NCBI GenBank assembly: GCA_951406725.2
Contig: OX597816.1
Location: 74,152,001 to 74,216,000, forward strand
From: Octopus vulgaris
Taxonomy: Eukaryota
Direction: 5' to 3'
Length of the DNA: 64,000 bases
Shown here one piece after another: positions 27,027 to 39,829 of this stretch. Every line of letters begins with the position of its first letter. The stretch's first letter is position 1. Below the pieces are notes generated by a model. That model had not been told where the DNA came from. It worked only from the letters and a program-made list of their open reading frames with translations, and made no database searches. The translations under genes were made by a program, and so were the position numbers.

Positions 27027-27682
27027 GCCACCTCACTCTCCCGTGAACATCTAGATTCCTTCCTCTCTTTCGTTTAATACTTCCATCCTGCCCTCCACTT
27101 CACCTCCACTATCTCCAACACCTCTGTCTCCTTCTTCGACATTTCGGTCAGCATCCATCACTCCACTCTTACCACCTCCATTCACTACAAACACACAGAC
27201 TCACACTCATACCTAAACTTCTCTTCCTCCCACCCCAAACACACCAAGCTTTCCATTCCCTATTCCCAATTCCTCCGTCTACGTAGGCTCTGTAGTGATG
27301 ACCATGACTTTGAGACTCAGTCTCAACTCATGGCTCGCCACTTCATCCTACGTGGATACCCCCTCACTACTATCCATACCGCCCTTGCAATATCATCTAT
27401 TGCATCTCCTGCTCTCTCTGCCATTCCCTGTACATCGGACAAACGGGATGCCGCTTGGCTGACCAGTTCGCGGAACACCTCCATGACATCCGCCTTGCCA
27501 ACGACACACTGGTCTCACGCCATTTCCACTCCACCGGTCACTCCTTGCAACACCTGTCTGTGTTCGGATTGTCCTTACACAGAGGCCATCCGGATTCCTG
27601 TTTGCGCCGTGAACAGGAATTAATCTTCTCTCTTCGCTCTTTCATGCCATTTGGTCTCAACTCTCCCCCCCTTCTCATCTAA
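27027..27682 (+). mobile_element. Penelope-like element remnant (RT thumb joined by deletion to GIY-YIG endonuclease)
   Basis: FFDISVSI..TTSIHYKHTDSHSYLNFSSSHPKHTKLSIPYSQFLRLRRLCS..RGYP, then IIYCISCSLCHSLYIGQTG..FAEHLHDI..VSRHF..RREQELIFSLRSFMPFGLN. Confidence 0.9.
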
Positions 27683-28652
27683 CTTTCCCCCCCTGACTCC
27701 TACTTCTCTTCAGTCTTTCATCTTTTCACCCCACTCTCTTTCCCTCCTCTTCTTTCCTCTTTCTTCTTCCCTCTTCCCCTTCTCTCTTTCTCTCTGCTCC
27801 CTCACTCCCCTTCTCTCCCCCTCCCCTCCCCTCCTTTCCCATCCCCCTCCTCTTCTCCTCTCCTTCCTTCTCATATGAATGTGCCTATTCATATATACAT
27901 ACATCAGAATATATTACTAATGCTTCCAATAAAAATAGGAATGAAAGGATTTCTTGGATGCTAGAATTCTGAGTAAATCTGCAATATTTCGCAGGCCAGG
28001 TGAAGATTGTTAGCATTTAAAAAAAATAATCTATTATCTAACACACAGTGAATTCACATGATTGTAATTACTTCAAGTATTAATAAACCCAGGCAAAACC
28101 AGGTCCTGCTGCTAATTAATAATAACTGTCACTAGAATTCTGTGTCATGCTTACCAAGCTAATCACATGATGATAGTCACATGACAACTAAATAAAAGGA
28201 AGAATTGTTACCAGCGAAAGCAATGAGTAAGAAATAATAAAACACAACTAAAATGTCAATGTTCTATGAATGCGCTCCACTCAGCCAATCAGCAGCTCTG
28301 ATTTTAGTGATGTAATATATAAATTATGATAATTGTTCACACCTACTCCACTACACTAAAACCTGTATATTTCCTTAGTGGTTCTCTTGTCACTACTTTG
28401 GTATGTATAGCGAAGTGAATATTTCACTGATGAGGTTTAATAATAACAGAACATGTGCAGAGTTGTCTCTTGTACATACTGAAATGATTAAAATATCAGT
28501 CATTGATCTAGTGTTATCTCTAGCATTGCAACCATGTGGTTTTGGGTTCAGTTCCACTGCACAGCACCTTAGGCAAGTATCTTCTGCTGTAGCCCCAGGC
28601 CAACCAATGCTCTGCAAGTGAATTTAGCAGATGAAAACAATATAGAAGCTTG

Positions 28653-28689
<37 letters not shown>

Positions 28690-28690
<1 letters not shown>

Positions 28691-29002
28691 GCAAATAAGA
28701 AGGTGGAGAGGATACAAAATTGACAGACATCAGGTCCTAGTCTCTGATTGGCAGCTACACACCCATTCAGTTTTACTGACAATCTGTTCATTTACTCATT
28801 TGCTCATTTAATCACTTGTTCCTATATGATTATATGCTTCCACATGCTTGTTTTGGCAATTACCAAATCTTTCTGCTTGACAGTCTGTACCACAAATACA
28901 TGTGTGTGGATTCATCTAATACAATGGAATAAATAGGCATACTGGAATGTTTTCCAGCAGATGTCTGTCAATTTTGTATCCTCTCCAGTTTCTTATTTGC
29001 CG
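28690..29002. mobile_element. MITE with 42-bp TIRs
   Basis: GGCAAATAAGAA..TGGAGAGGATACAAAATTGACAGACATC inverted at both ends, with TA flanks. Confidence 0.8.
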
Positions 29003-29776
29003 TATAAATCAAGGGTAAACCACTTTTTACCCCTGCCCATATTTAACACTCAGTTGCAAGATTGCCACGCAATAACTAGCACTTGCATATGAATATTTGG
29101 GGACACGACCAGCAGTATATTGGATAGGTACTATCCCTTAGTTGGTTTCTCAACCTCTAACCCACACAGAAATATATATATACTGGGCAATAAACTGTGC
29201 TTGCAAAAGACCTGTTGAGTCAAGTGAAGTCATTGTTGTGGCTGATGACAGTACTGCCTGATTGGCACCTGTGCCAGGGGCATGTAAAAAGCACCATTCG
29301 AGCATGGTCAATGCCAGTGCCACCTGACTGGCCCTCGTGCTGGTGGCATGTAAAAAGCACCCAGTACACTCACTAAAATGGTTGGCATTAGGAAGGGCAT
29401 CCAGCTATATAAGCCATTCTGAAACAGACAATGGAGTGGAGTCTGGTATCGGTTCCGGCCTTGCCAGCTCTTGTCAAACCATCAAACTGAGGCCAACATG
29501 GAGAACAGGTGTTAAATGACTATGATAGTGATGACAGTTATATATGTGTGTGTCTATGCCTTAGACCCCACCACCACCTCTTGACAACCAGTGTTGGTTT
29601 GTTTACGTCCTTGTAATTGAATAGTTCAGCAAAAGAGACCAATAGAAAAAGTACAAGAAGGTCCTGGGGGTTGGTTTGTTTGACTAAAGCCTTGAAGGTA
29701 GTGCCCCAACATGGCCAGAGGCCAGTGACTAAAATGTGTAAGAGATAAAAAAATAAAAGCTGTATTCAAAGGATAC

Positions 29777-29999
29777 GTTCAAGCATTGACTTGATTCCGG
29801 TAGCTTCAGTTCTGTAAAATTTCCTGAATTCTTTCCTCAGGTCATAAAACTTATACATGTATTTTGGTAAATTAATGTTCTTTTTACTACATTCTGGATG
29901 CAGACATTGACGTACGTGAGCTTGTCCATCTGTACATATTGTGAAAGATTTCCCTCCATGGTCAGGATGCACTCCCTTCGCTGATAAAAATCGATCCAT
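29777..29999 (-). CDS. ESRP1: ESRP coding exon 3: [74 protein letters not shown]
   Basis: Acceptor tttctctttccag|ATG, donor GAAC|gtatcctttg, 223 nt, phase 0/1. CTDGQxHVRQxLHPE and FxDLRKEF are ESRP/fusilli signatures. Confidence 0.95.
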
Positions 30000-30179
30000 C
30001 TGGAAAGAGAAACGCAAATGAATTAGATAAACCAAATATGTGGAAACCATGGGATATATAGATTATTTCTTCTATAAGTCCTAGTATATGACTGGTATTT
30101 ATTAAACCATATCTACTAAAAATAAAACAAAAAATTCCCCTCTCCCCACTACCACCCTAGGATACAAGAAAGCCAAGGA

Positions 30180-30340
30180 TTAACATTATTTACTTTATTT
30201 ACATTGGACGGATATTTGCTCTCATCTTATTTGTTGCTATCACGTTTCAGCTGATTTACTCACCAGCCTTCATCAGGTGGCCTGGTAGAATATTGAACCC
30301 AACCCTGGGTTCTCATTCCTAAGGTTTTTTTTTGCTGATG

Positions 30341-30373
<33 letters not shown>

Positions 30374-30552
30374 GGCACTACCTAGAATTGAACTCGCAAT
30401 GTTAGGGTTAGTAGCCTGCGCCCTTAACCATTATACTATATGCCTATGGGTAAATCAGCCAAAACATTGAGGTAACAACAAACAAGATGAGGACACATAT
30501 CCGTCCAATGTAAATAATGTACAGAATCCCTCATCTCAAAAATATAGAACAG
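30180..30552 (-). mobile_element. tRNA-headed, hammerhead-bearing short retroposon with inverted 5' segment
   Basis: Minus strand: tRNA-like head 30444-30374 (A-box TAGTATAATGG, B-box GAGTTCAATTCT), (TAA)n, hammerhead about 30281-30236, then tail. A plus-strand partial tail copy lies at 30448-30552. Confidence 0.75.
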
Positions 30553-30913
30553 TGTAGGATTCCTTCCACCCCAACTTTGTGAACGGGGCTTTTCCCCCCT
30601 TCTTTTTCTGACTTGCAAGTAACTTGGCAACCTCACTGGTGCAGGTGCCATAAAAAAAAGACATTCAACACACACAATAAAGTAGTCGGTGTTAGGAAGG
30701 GAATCCAGTTATAGAAATTATGCCAAAGCTGACACTGGCGTTTGATGCAGTCCTAGAGCCCATTGGATTCTGTCAAACCATCCGACCCATTCCAGCATGA
30801 AAAAACAGACATTAAATGATGATGACAATTACAATGATCTAGTTCAATGCTTCACATATTCCAGTCAGTTGCCTTTCTAAATTTTTCAATTATTCTAACG
30901 AATTTAATAAAGG

Positions 30914-31335
30914 ATCGATGCTAGAACCGCCAGACTGGCCCCCATGCCGGTGGCATGTAAAGAGCACCATCTGAACGTGGCTGATGCCAGTACTCTCTGA
31001 CTGGCTCCCGTGCCGGTGGCACATAAAAAGCACCATCCGAATGTGGCCGATGCCAGTACCCCCTGATGGGCTCTCGTGCCGGTGGCACGTAAAAAGCATC
31101 ATCCGAACGTGATCGATGCCATGCCCGCCTGACAAGCTCCTGTATCGGTAGCACGTAAAAAGCACCCACTACACTCTCGGAATGGTTGGCGTTAGGAAGG
31201 GCATTCAGCAGTAGAAACATTGCCAGATCAGATTGGAGCCTGGTGCGGCATCCTGGCTTGCCAGTACCCCAGTCGTTTCGTACAACCCATACCAGCATGG
31301 AAAATAGACGTTAAACGATGATGATGATGATGATT
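30914..31335 (+). repeat. RTE 3' UTR copy with four 66-bp modules
   Basis: Module core at 30958, 31024, 31090 and 31156, then the tail. Confidence 0.85.
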
Positions 31336-31344
31336 ATGACTCCT

Positions 31345-32220
31345 TCTGCTCTGAAGATGTGATAAGAATCAGTTGATGATCTCAATGGGATAGGAATCAC
31401 TATCGATAGAAAAGACATCAACAGCCTATGGTATGCTCATGATGTAGTCCTTATCACAACATCAGCAGAGTTGCTACAGAGATTATTGGATAAGGTAGAA
31501 AGTTAAAGATTTGTATTGAGTGAGTACCGGCTGGAAATCAATACAATGAAGACAAAAGTGATCGCAGTAACAAAAACAGAGGAGCATAACATTCAATGCC
31601 AAGGGGTTACATTCAAATGGATCACCAAGTTCAAATGTCTGGATACTATTACAATGAAGAAATCAAGAAACGGAGGCTACGAAATAGGAGCATGATTCAG
31701 GGCAGCGAGATCTATCCTACAATTCACTCAGTAGAATATGAAATGACAGTGCTTTAAGAACATCAAATTAAAGCTTATGAAGTCACTAGTTTGGTCCGTT
31801 GCACTGTATGGATGTGAAAGATAGACCCTGAAAGCAAAGAACGTTGCCGAACTCATATTATTTGAAACAACATACTGTCAAAGAATATTGAAGATTAGCG
31901 GGACTGACCATCAAACAAAGGAGTTAGTACTTGTGGAAATGGGAACAGAAAGGGAAATTTTTGATAATTGCCAGGGAGAGAAAGCTGCAATATTTCAGGG
32001 ATGTCATCTGGGCCCGGAATCTCAGCACTGATATCCATGAAGGAAGAGTCAATGGGATACAAGGAACCAAAGAACCGTGAAGACACTAGCTGGACAACAT
32101 CAAAGAGTGGACTGGAAGAGCTCTGACTGAATATACACAACCATAACCAGCGGCGGAGAGAAAGAGAGAGAGCGCACGTGTCCGTGGTCCCCAACCCTTA
32201 GCAGAAGAGAAGCAACAGTT
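31345..32220 (+). mobile_element. Old RTE-like LINE reverse transcriptase remnant
   Basis: GITIDRKDINSLWYAHDVVLI (YADD box), LEINTMKTKVI and KSLVWSVALYGCE in broken frames. Confidence 0.8.
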
Positions 32221-33742
32221 CATCTCTCGTTAATTGCATTATCCCATACCTATGAACTGAGCCCTTAATTTTTAGTGATGAAATCTGATTAAGTGTAAAT
32301 ACATTTGTTTCTGTGAATCCTGCTTTTAAGCTTGGCGAAAACCCGCAATAAACTCTTCCTGTGCACCAATTTCAATATGAAGATATGAAAAATATATTCT
32401 TCAACGGCCCTCCTCCTTGGATTCTGTGGGTTTCCAACATCTCGTATTTCATTTGATCTTAACAAAAAAGTATTTATGTTAAGAGCAAGATATTAAAAGA
32501 AACTTTATTGTTGTGACTCGTTGTAGAAAGCTCTGGAGAGCAAAAGGGCAATAATTAAGCGTAAAATATAGGTGGTGCCACAAGAGAATGATTGGAGGAC
32601 AGTCTTTTTATTTTTATACTAAAACCACGATGTGAAGCTTAATATAATAAGGAGGGTTTGGACTCTATTACTTTTACTTCACGTAGGGTGCAGCAAAAAT
32701 AGAATAAAATAAATCCTCCCACATTTTTATTCTTGATTATCGCATGGTGGATGCTGGTCCAGAGAATAAAACAAAAAAATTAAACAGTAAAACATTAGCT
32801 ACAGGAAGACCCTATTATCTTTGCCAAACTTTATTAGCGCCACGCCAATGGTCGTGTAAAATACGTGAGGTTTTTCTGCTGCACCCTGAATTTTCGATTA
32901 TTAATATTTTCTAACAGGATCTGGCTTTTAATGCTTAATATTTCAAAAGACAAGGGTGGCGAGCGGGTAGAATCGTTAGCGCGCCGGGCGAAATGCTTAG
33001 CGGCATTTCATCTGTCTTTACGTTCTGATTTCAAATACCGCCGGGGTTCACTTTGCTTTTCATCTTTTCAGGGTCAATAAAATAAGTACCAGTTGAGCAC
33101 TGGAGTGGGGGGGGGTGCAATCGACTAACGCCCTCCTCTGAAATTGCTGGCATTGTGCCAAAATTTGGTGCCAAAATTTCAAAAGACAAACTTTGATAAA
33201 TTTGCTTCAGTAGTTTGTCTATTAAGAAAAGAAATGTTAAGGATTACATTTGAGATCGTGAAGATTTCAGATAATTCGTATGTGTTGCTGAGAAGAGGAA
33301 AGTGGCGTTTTGGGACAGAGAGAAAGAAAGAGAGAAATTGTTTTTACTGTCTTAAGGACAGGGTGGCATCGACGTAGCTAAAAAGGAAGTGAGGGTAGCG
33401 ACCTTTTTCCACATTTTTCAAAATTGGCGCCTTTTCAACGTTTCTGTTTAACGCTTTGCTCACCTATATCAGTAGTTGTAAGCTCCGTACATAATGACAT
33501 TGTTACCGAAACATAAAATTAATGAATGTAGATGACAATTACGTATTTTATAACTTATGCAATATTTCGTATAATAGAAATGAGTTAAAAATTGTTTGAT
33601 GTGTGTCACGACGCCCTTTTTACTGTTTTATGAGCTTACTACTCCTAACTTTAGAACTTGGCTACGCCTCTGCAGGGTGGATTCAAAAATCGTAAGATAC
33701 TACGCATAATATACAAACTTATCCAAACTCACCAATATATAT

Positions 33743-34151
33743 GCGGCGAGCTGGCAGAAACGTTAGCACGCCGGGCGAAATGCTTCGCGGTATTTCGTCT
33801 GCCGCTACGTTCTGAGTTCAAACTCCACCGAGGTCGACTTTGCCTTTCATCCTTTCGGGGTCGATTAAATAAGTACCAGTTACGCACTGAGGTCGATATA
33901 ATCGACTTAATCCGTTTGTCTCTGTCTTTGTCCTCTCTGTGTTTAGCTCCTTGTGGGTAGTAAAGAAATATGTATTTCGTGTGCCGTTACGTTCTGAGTT
34001 CAAATTCTGCCGAGGTCGACTTTGCCTTTCATCCTTTCGGGGTCGATTAAATAAGTACCAGTTACGCACTGAGGTCGATATAATCGACTTAATCCGTTTG
34101 TCTGTCCTTGTTTGTCTCCTCTATGTTTAGCCCTCTGTGGGCAACAAAGAA

Positions 34152-34155
<4 letters not shown>
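33743..34155 (+). mobile_element. Family C SINE with tandem-duplicated 182-bp 3' part
   Basis: TATTTCGT.TGCCG.TACGTTCTGAG at 33791 and 33973. Confidence 0.85.
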
Positions 34156-34186
<31 letters not shown>

Positions 34187-34571
34187 TAGATAATAAATTC
34201 TTTCTTATTTGGCAAAGGCCAATTCCGAAGGGAGGGAGCAAGATGATTACGACAACTTCTGTACTTAACTGATTTACTTTTATCGACTCCGTAAGGATGA
34301 AATGCGAAGTCGATCTCGGCGAAATTTGAACTCTGAACGTAAAGAGCTAGAAGAAATGTCGCTTAACATTTTGTTCGATGCGCTAACGGTTCTACTAGGA
34401 ATAAAGAAATAAATAAAGTCACAGAACACTAACCAGTTTCTCGGACTCTGATTGTAGCCTCTAAGCAACAAAGAAAGGAGGGGGGAAAACGGTCTTTATG
34501 ATTATGATCTTAAATTTTTCAGGAGCTGAAAATGTCATATGTCTGACAACAGCTTCTTTAATTAATATTAA

Positions 34572-34777
34572 CCCTTTCAGCCCGGCTGGTTCATATTTGT
34601 ACCAGTCAAAAATTTTACGACTTATGTGATGCAGTATGGTACCGCTCCGGTTTTTCTGGTATGTAGCGCCAGACATATAATCGGAGTGTATGACACTATA
34701 ATGACAGCTCAAAAGGCACGCATGCGTACAAACCCCCCGCCATTACCGACTTGAGAAAAAATTCCAGGTTGAAAGGG
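34572..34777. mobile_element. piggyBac-type MITE
   Basis: TTAA-CCCTTTCAGCC ... GGTTGAAAGGG-TTAA. Confidence 0.75.
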
Positions 34778-35395
34778 TTAAAGGATAAATTCAATGGAAT
34801 ATATCAGCAACTGCATAGAAGCTGAGGGCCTCATGGACAGTTCGGACTATGCGCACCAGAAGTGAATAGGTTCAAGGCTGGGGACAGGAAGTGCAAAGCA
34901 GTTAAACTAATGACATTATCTTCTAAATGCTAATATTTTCTGTTAATTCGAGTAATTGACTCTTGAAATCGTCTGTAGCTGCTTGAAATTAACTGAGTAG
35001 CTGTCCTTGGTCAATATTGGCTGAAATAGTCTCTGGCCAATAAACCACACCCTCTCTCAATAGACATAAATACTCTCTCTCTCTCACACACACACACACA
35101 CTTATACACGCATACATAAATACTCTATCACACACACAAACACACTCACATAAACATACATACATATTTGTTGAACTGGCAGAGTCGTTGGAGCACCGGA
35201 TAGAGTGTTTTCCAAACTTGCTCTGGCTGTCTGAGATCGAATCCCGCTGAGGTTAATCTCTCTCTCTCTCTCTCTTTCTTGAAAACAATTGCATGTTGAC
35301 CTTGACGCGTCTGAGATGCCCAAACCCTGCCACAAGTTACGACGCGCACCTGTGACCCTATTGATTGTTGAGAACGCAAGACATTGTAGACGAAC

Positions 35396-35446
<51 letters not shown>

Positions 35447-36592
35447 TGTGTGTGTGTTGACAACCGACGCTGGTTTGTTTACAACTCTGTAGGTTAGGTG
35501 CTCGACAAAAGAGACCGATGGAATACGCACTAGATTTTAAAAAATAAACACTGAGGTAGATTTGTTCAACTAAAACCTTTCAATGTGGTGCCCCAGCATG
35601 GGCGCAGTCAAATGACTGAAACAAAAGATTAAAGATAAGATGATGTAGTCGTAAATATTGCTAAAAAAAGACAGGAGAGCCACGATTGGAACGTCTTTGA
35701 TCATAAATCTGTTGGTTCTAGAGTGATCTAAGTGTAAAGATCAGAAGTAAGGAAATAACCCATTTAAAAGGAATGGATCCCGGAATTAAAGGTTTGACTT
35801 GGAGAAATGGTAGTGGTGGTGGGGTGAGTGTTAAGGAGGTTGCAGGGACAACTTCGCAACCTCTCTACTTTCCTAACTATTTACTTAGGTTGTACTGAGC
35901 TTGAAGACGCTGAAATGGGGTCATGGGAGTTTTCCTTCCTTGTTTAATTAAGACATTAGAATAAATAGGTTATAAATCTATTACAGCTTAGGGTATTGAT
36001 AAAAGAGAGAGGGGGAAAGAGAGATGGAGAGAGAGGGAAGAAAAGAAGAGGGATAATGGGGAGACAGGAGGGGACGAAAGAGAAAGACAAAGGGAGAAAG
36101 AGAGCGGAGAGGAGGTGGAGAAAGATCGATAGGGGGAAAGAAAGAGGACGAAAGGGGGTGGAGATGAGAGGAGGAGGGAAAGAGAGGTGGGGGAAGGACA
36201 AGGGTGAAAGAAAGCGATAAGAAACAGAAATTAATGATTTTATGAATGGAAAGAGGGAAGGGGAAAGGGAGAGAATGAGCAGGTAATTTAGAATAATTTT
36301 GGCACAAGGCCAGCAATATTTTTTTTGAGGGGTGGGGTAAGTCGATTACATCAACTGGTATTTATTTTATCAACCCGAAAATGATAAAAGGTAAAGACGA
36401 CCCTGGCGGTATTTGGACTCAGAACGTAAAGTCGTCGTTACGCATTTTGCAGGGCGTGCAGTCGATTCTGCCAGCTCACCTCCGCCATTAGAGATAAGTG
36501 AATATTGACATAACTTTTTTATGGAAAGCATATTGGAGAGATTTATTAGTGTTCTAATGTTGGTAATGGAATAATAATAACAACAACAACAA

Positions 36593-37212
36593 CTAGCCCA
36601 GAAGGAATATAAGAGACGCCACCACAATATAGCAAGGCTTGTCCATTGGGCACTTTGCAACGAGTATGAACTTGACAGAGCAAAAAATTGGTACGATCAT
36701 AAACCTGAAAGCATCATCGAAAAAGATAATGCAAAAATCCTGTGGGATTTTATGATTTAGTGCGAACATGAGATAGAGAATAGAAAGCCAGACATAGTCA
36801 TAATTGAGAAAGAAAACAAACAATGTTGGATCATAGGTATAGCATGCCCAGCTGACAACAAGGTATGCGATAAAGAAGAAAGAAAAGTCGATGGATATAA
36901 CAGGTTAGCTTGGGAAGTTAAGCGGTTTTGGTTGATGAAAAAGGTGGTAGTAGTACCAATAATTGTCGGAGCCCTGGGAACAGTGAGTAAAAATCTTGAG
37001 AAGTACATGGAACAAATAAGGGCTGCAATTAGGGTGGAGCACTTGCAGAAAACAGCACTGCTTGGAACCGTTCGAATACTCTGGAAAGTGCTCGAAAAAT
37101 ACGAGGTGTTACCTTAGTTCACTGGTAGTGAACAGCTGATACCGCAGTACACCTCCAACGTTAGAAGCTGTGCAAAGGCAATAACAATAATAATAATAAT
37201 AGTAATAATAAT
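36593..37212 (+). mobile_element. 3' end of an R4/Dong-like RLE non-LTR retrotransposon with (TAA)n tail
   Basis: YKRRHHNIARLVHW..KILWDF..RKPDIVII..VVPIIVGALGTV..LQKTALLGT. Related scraps at about 37225-37320 (AQDQSL), 55255-55345 and 62745-62875 (LDRKTRKL..PRKEG). Confidence 0.88.
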
Positions 37213-38581
37213 ACAAACAACAACCTATCAGTTGCTGAGAAGTTCAGGACTGAAAGCAGAGACTGGATGTTTCATATTGGTGGCACAAGATCAAAGCTTG
37301 CTTACAAAAACGTCCATGCTAACATTATTCAAAACGATTCTGCATTTAGGGTCAAATGACTCAGAACAAGTCACTGATCTCATCGGAACATATATGAAGT
37401 GTATAACCTATTCCAGATCGAGTCCTGGTTTCCTAGGATAGGAAGACGCTCTCTTCGTACTAGATAGGTATAATAAAGTAGAAATGGAGAGATGTAAGAA
37501 ACGCCCAATTAAATTCTTTAGAATTTTCGGGCAATCTGTTACTTAGAAAATAATTACTGTAAGATACATTTTTTTAATGTAACATTTAGTCTGGATACCG
37601 GGTTTGAACCACATGATAAACCGAACGAAAACCTAAGGTACTTAAATAAAATATCTAATCACCCACTCTCTATAATAAAAGGACTTATAAACAATATATC
37701 CAATCGAATATCTAGACTTTCGGCAAGTAAAATGAAATTTAATTCGCATGCACATTATTACAATGTAGCATTAGCTAGACCAAGTTATATTGAGAAAATC
37801 AAATATATACCTAATGATAATCGTATTAATGTACATAGTCACAATAATAATAGCACAAAACCATAATTAAGAGAAGAAATTATAAACATAAAATAGAGGA
37901 AGGTGGTCATAAGAAGGTAAAAGGCATAATAAAAAAAAAAACTAAAAGGGAAAATAGGGCTAATCTAAATATTAATTATAACTGGTAATGACCCTACCAC
38001 AGATTATAGTAGTAGTCATAAACCGAACAAAAGTATAAAAGATGCAATGTTTTGTTGTATAATCCAATCTTCGGACAAGTATCATACAAAATTGCTAGGA
38101 ACTTCTTTGCTGCATTGGAGAAGCAGTTTCCAAAATCTAATAAATACTATAAGATTTTTAATAGACATACAGTAAAAGTATCGTACACTACATCTAAAAC
38201 GAATACTATATTCATAAACTCAATAATAGAAAGATAAACCCGGAGTTAACTAACAGAATTGGTGGAGGTAAAGATAGAATTGATTTATCTAAAAAGAATC
38301 GTAATAGTATAGAAGAAACTAATGAAGCACGTCCAAATGGCCATGACAGAAATAATAATGTAAAAAATAATATGATAAAATAATAATGGCAAAAATAATA
38401 TGAGTAATAATAGATATGCTGAAAAATCTGAATGATAGAAGCGTTGGAAACAGCAACAAGGGTGGTAATGAAGAGTATATAAAGAGAACTAATAATAAGC
38501 ACTGACACAATAAAGGGAAAATTAGAAATAGAAGAAAGACTGGTTACGACCGATTGGAAAACAATGTGATAAGCAATAATA

Positions 38582-39829
38582 TTGGGTCATCCCATAAATA
38601 ATGCGGTTTTTTTCAATTGCATGAACTACAAGTTGGAGGGGGACGATATAAACTACTTCCATGAACTTGTAAAAGCAGGTAGTAATTCTATCTTGTTCGT
38701 ATTCTTAGTGCAAGTTTTGAAGAGTGCAGTTCGATTTTAACAGTTATTTTTTCAAAGCTATAATGGAAGTGTCAAAGAAGCATATTCAGCATATTTTGCT
38801 TTATGAGTTCAATAAAGGCAATGACGCAACAGAAAGTGCGAGGAATATTAATTCAGTATATGGGGATCGGACAATAAGCGTAAACCAGTGTCAACGGTGG
38901 TTCCAGAAATTCCGAGCCGGAAACTACAGCCTAGAAGACGAGCCTCGTCCTAAAAGTTCGGTAGAACTCGACGAGAACGTCCTGCACATCCTAGTGGAAC
39001 AAAATCCGATTGTAACTGTTGAGGAACTAGTAGAGAAGCTTGGATTTGGTCATTCAACCATTCATCGACACCTGCGTGCCATCGGAAAAGTCAGCAAAAT
39101 AGGTCAATGGGTTCCTCACAAACTTTCTGAGTCTAATCGCGCGCAGAGAGTGAATGTGTGCTCTTCTTTGCTGTCACGTCTCACGAATGAACATTTTTTG
39201 GACCGAATAGTGACTAGTGACGAGAAATGGGTTCTCTATGAAAATGTCAATTCACCGGGTAGGGAAAGGAGAAACACCGGCACCCCAAGCTAGAGAAGGT
39301 CTTCACCGACGTAAGGTGTTGTTAACTGTTTGGTGGGATACGAAAGGTTTAATCCACTCTGAACTTAGAAGCCCAAACCAAACGATAACAAATGATATCT
39401 ACTGCGAGAAGAAAAACGACCATCTTTGGTTTCAAGACGAAAGGTGTTCTTCCCTCAGGATAATGCTCGGCCAAATACAGCGAGAATGACATTCCAAAGG
39501 CGAGGGCAGTTTGAATGGGAAACGATGCCCCACCCACCATATTCGCTGGACATTGCCCCATCTGATTATCATTTATTCTGCAGTCTTCAAAATCATTTGG
39601 ACGGAAAAAATATAAATTCTGTAGATGAAGTCAGAACAGTATTGGAGGGGTATTTTTCGTCATGGACAAGTGAATTTTGGAAGAGAGGCCTTGCAAGTGT
39701 ACCAGGTAGAGGGAAGAGCATTGTAGAAAATGAAGGAGAGTTTATTTTAGATTTTAAAAAAATTTGTTTATCTTAAATTTGAAAAATAAAAGAAGTATTA
39801 AAAAACGCATTATTTATGGGATGACCCAA
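38582..39829 (+). mobile_element. Near full-length mariner (DD34D) transposon, 1248 bp
   Basis: TIRs TTGGGTCATCCCATAAATAATGCG at both ends and TA target duplication. Nested inside a Penelope-like remnant. Confidence 0.95.
38763..39776 (+). pseudogene. Mariner transposase pseudogene (frameshifted, internal deletion)
   Basis: MEVSKKHIQHILLYEF...WVPHKLSE...IVTSDEKW...QDNARP...HPPYSLDIAPSDYHLF, split over three ORFs (38724, 39217, 39426). Confidence 0.93.

Noticed and set aside
30000-30050. ORF start [17 protein letters not shown] before exon 3
   Set aside because: It is intronic branch and pyrimidine tract read in frame. Upstream exons supply the true N-terminus.
30374-30444. tRNA-like sequences here and at SINE heads (16, 40760, 56606, 57407)
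   Set aside because: They are degenerate cloverleafs fused to repeat bodies, so SINE heads rather than tRNA genes.
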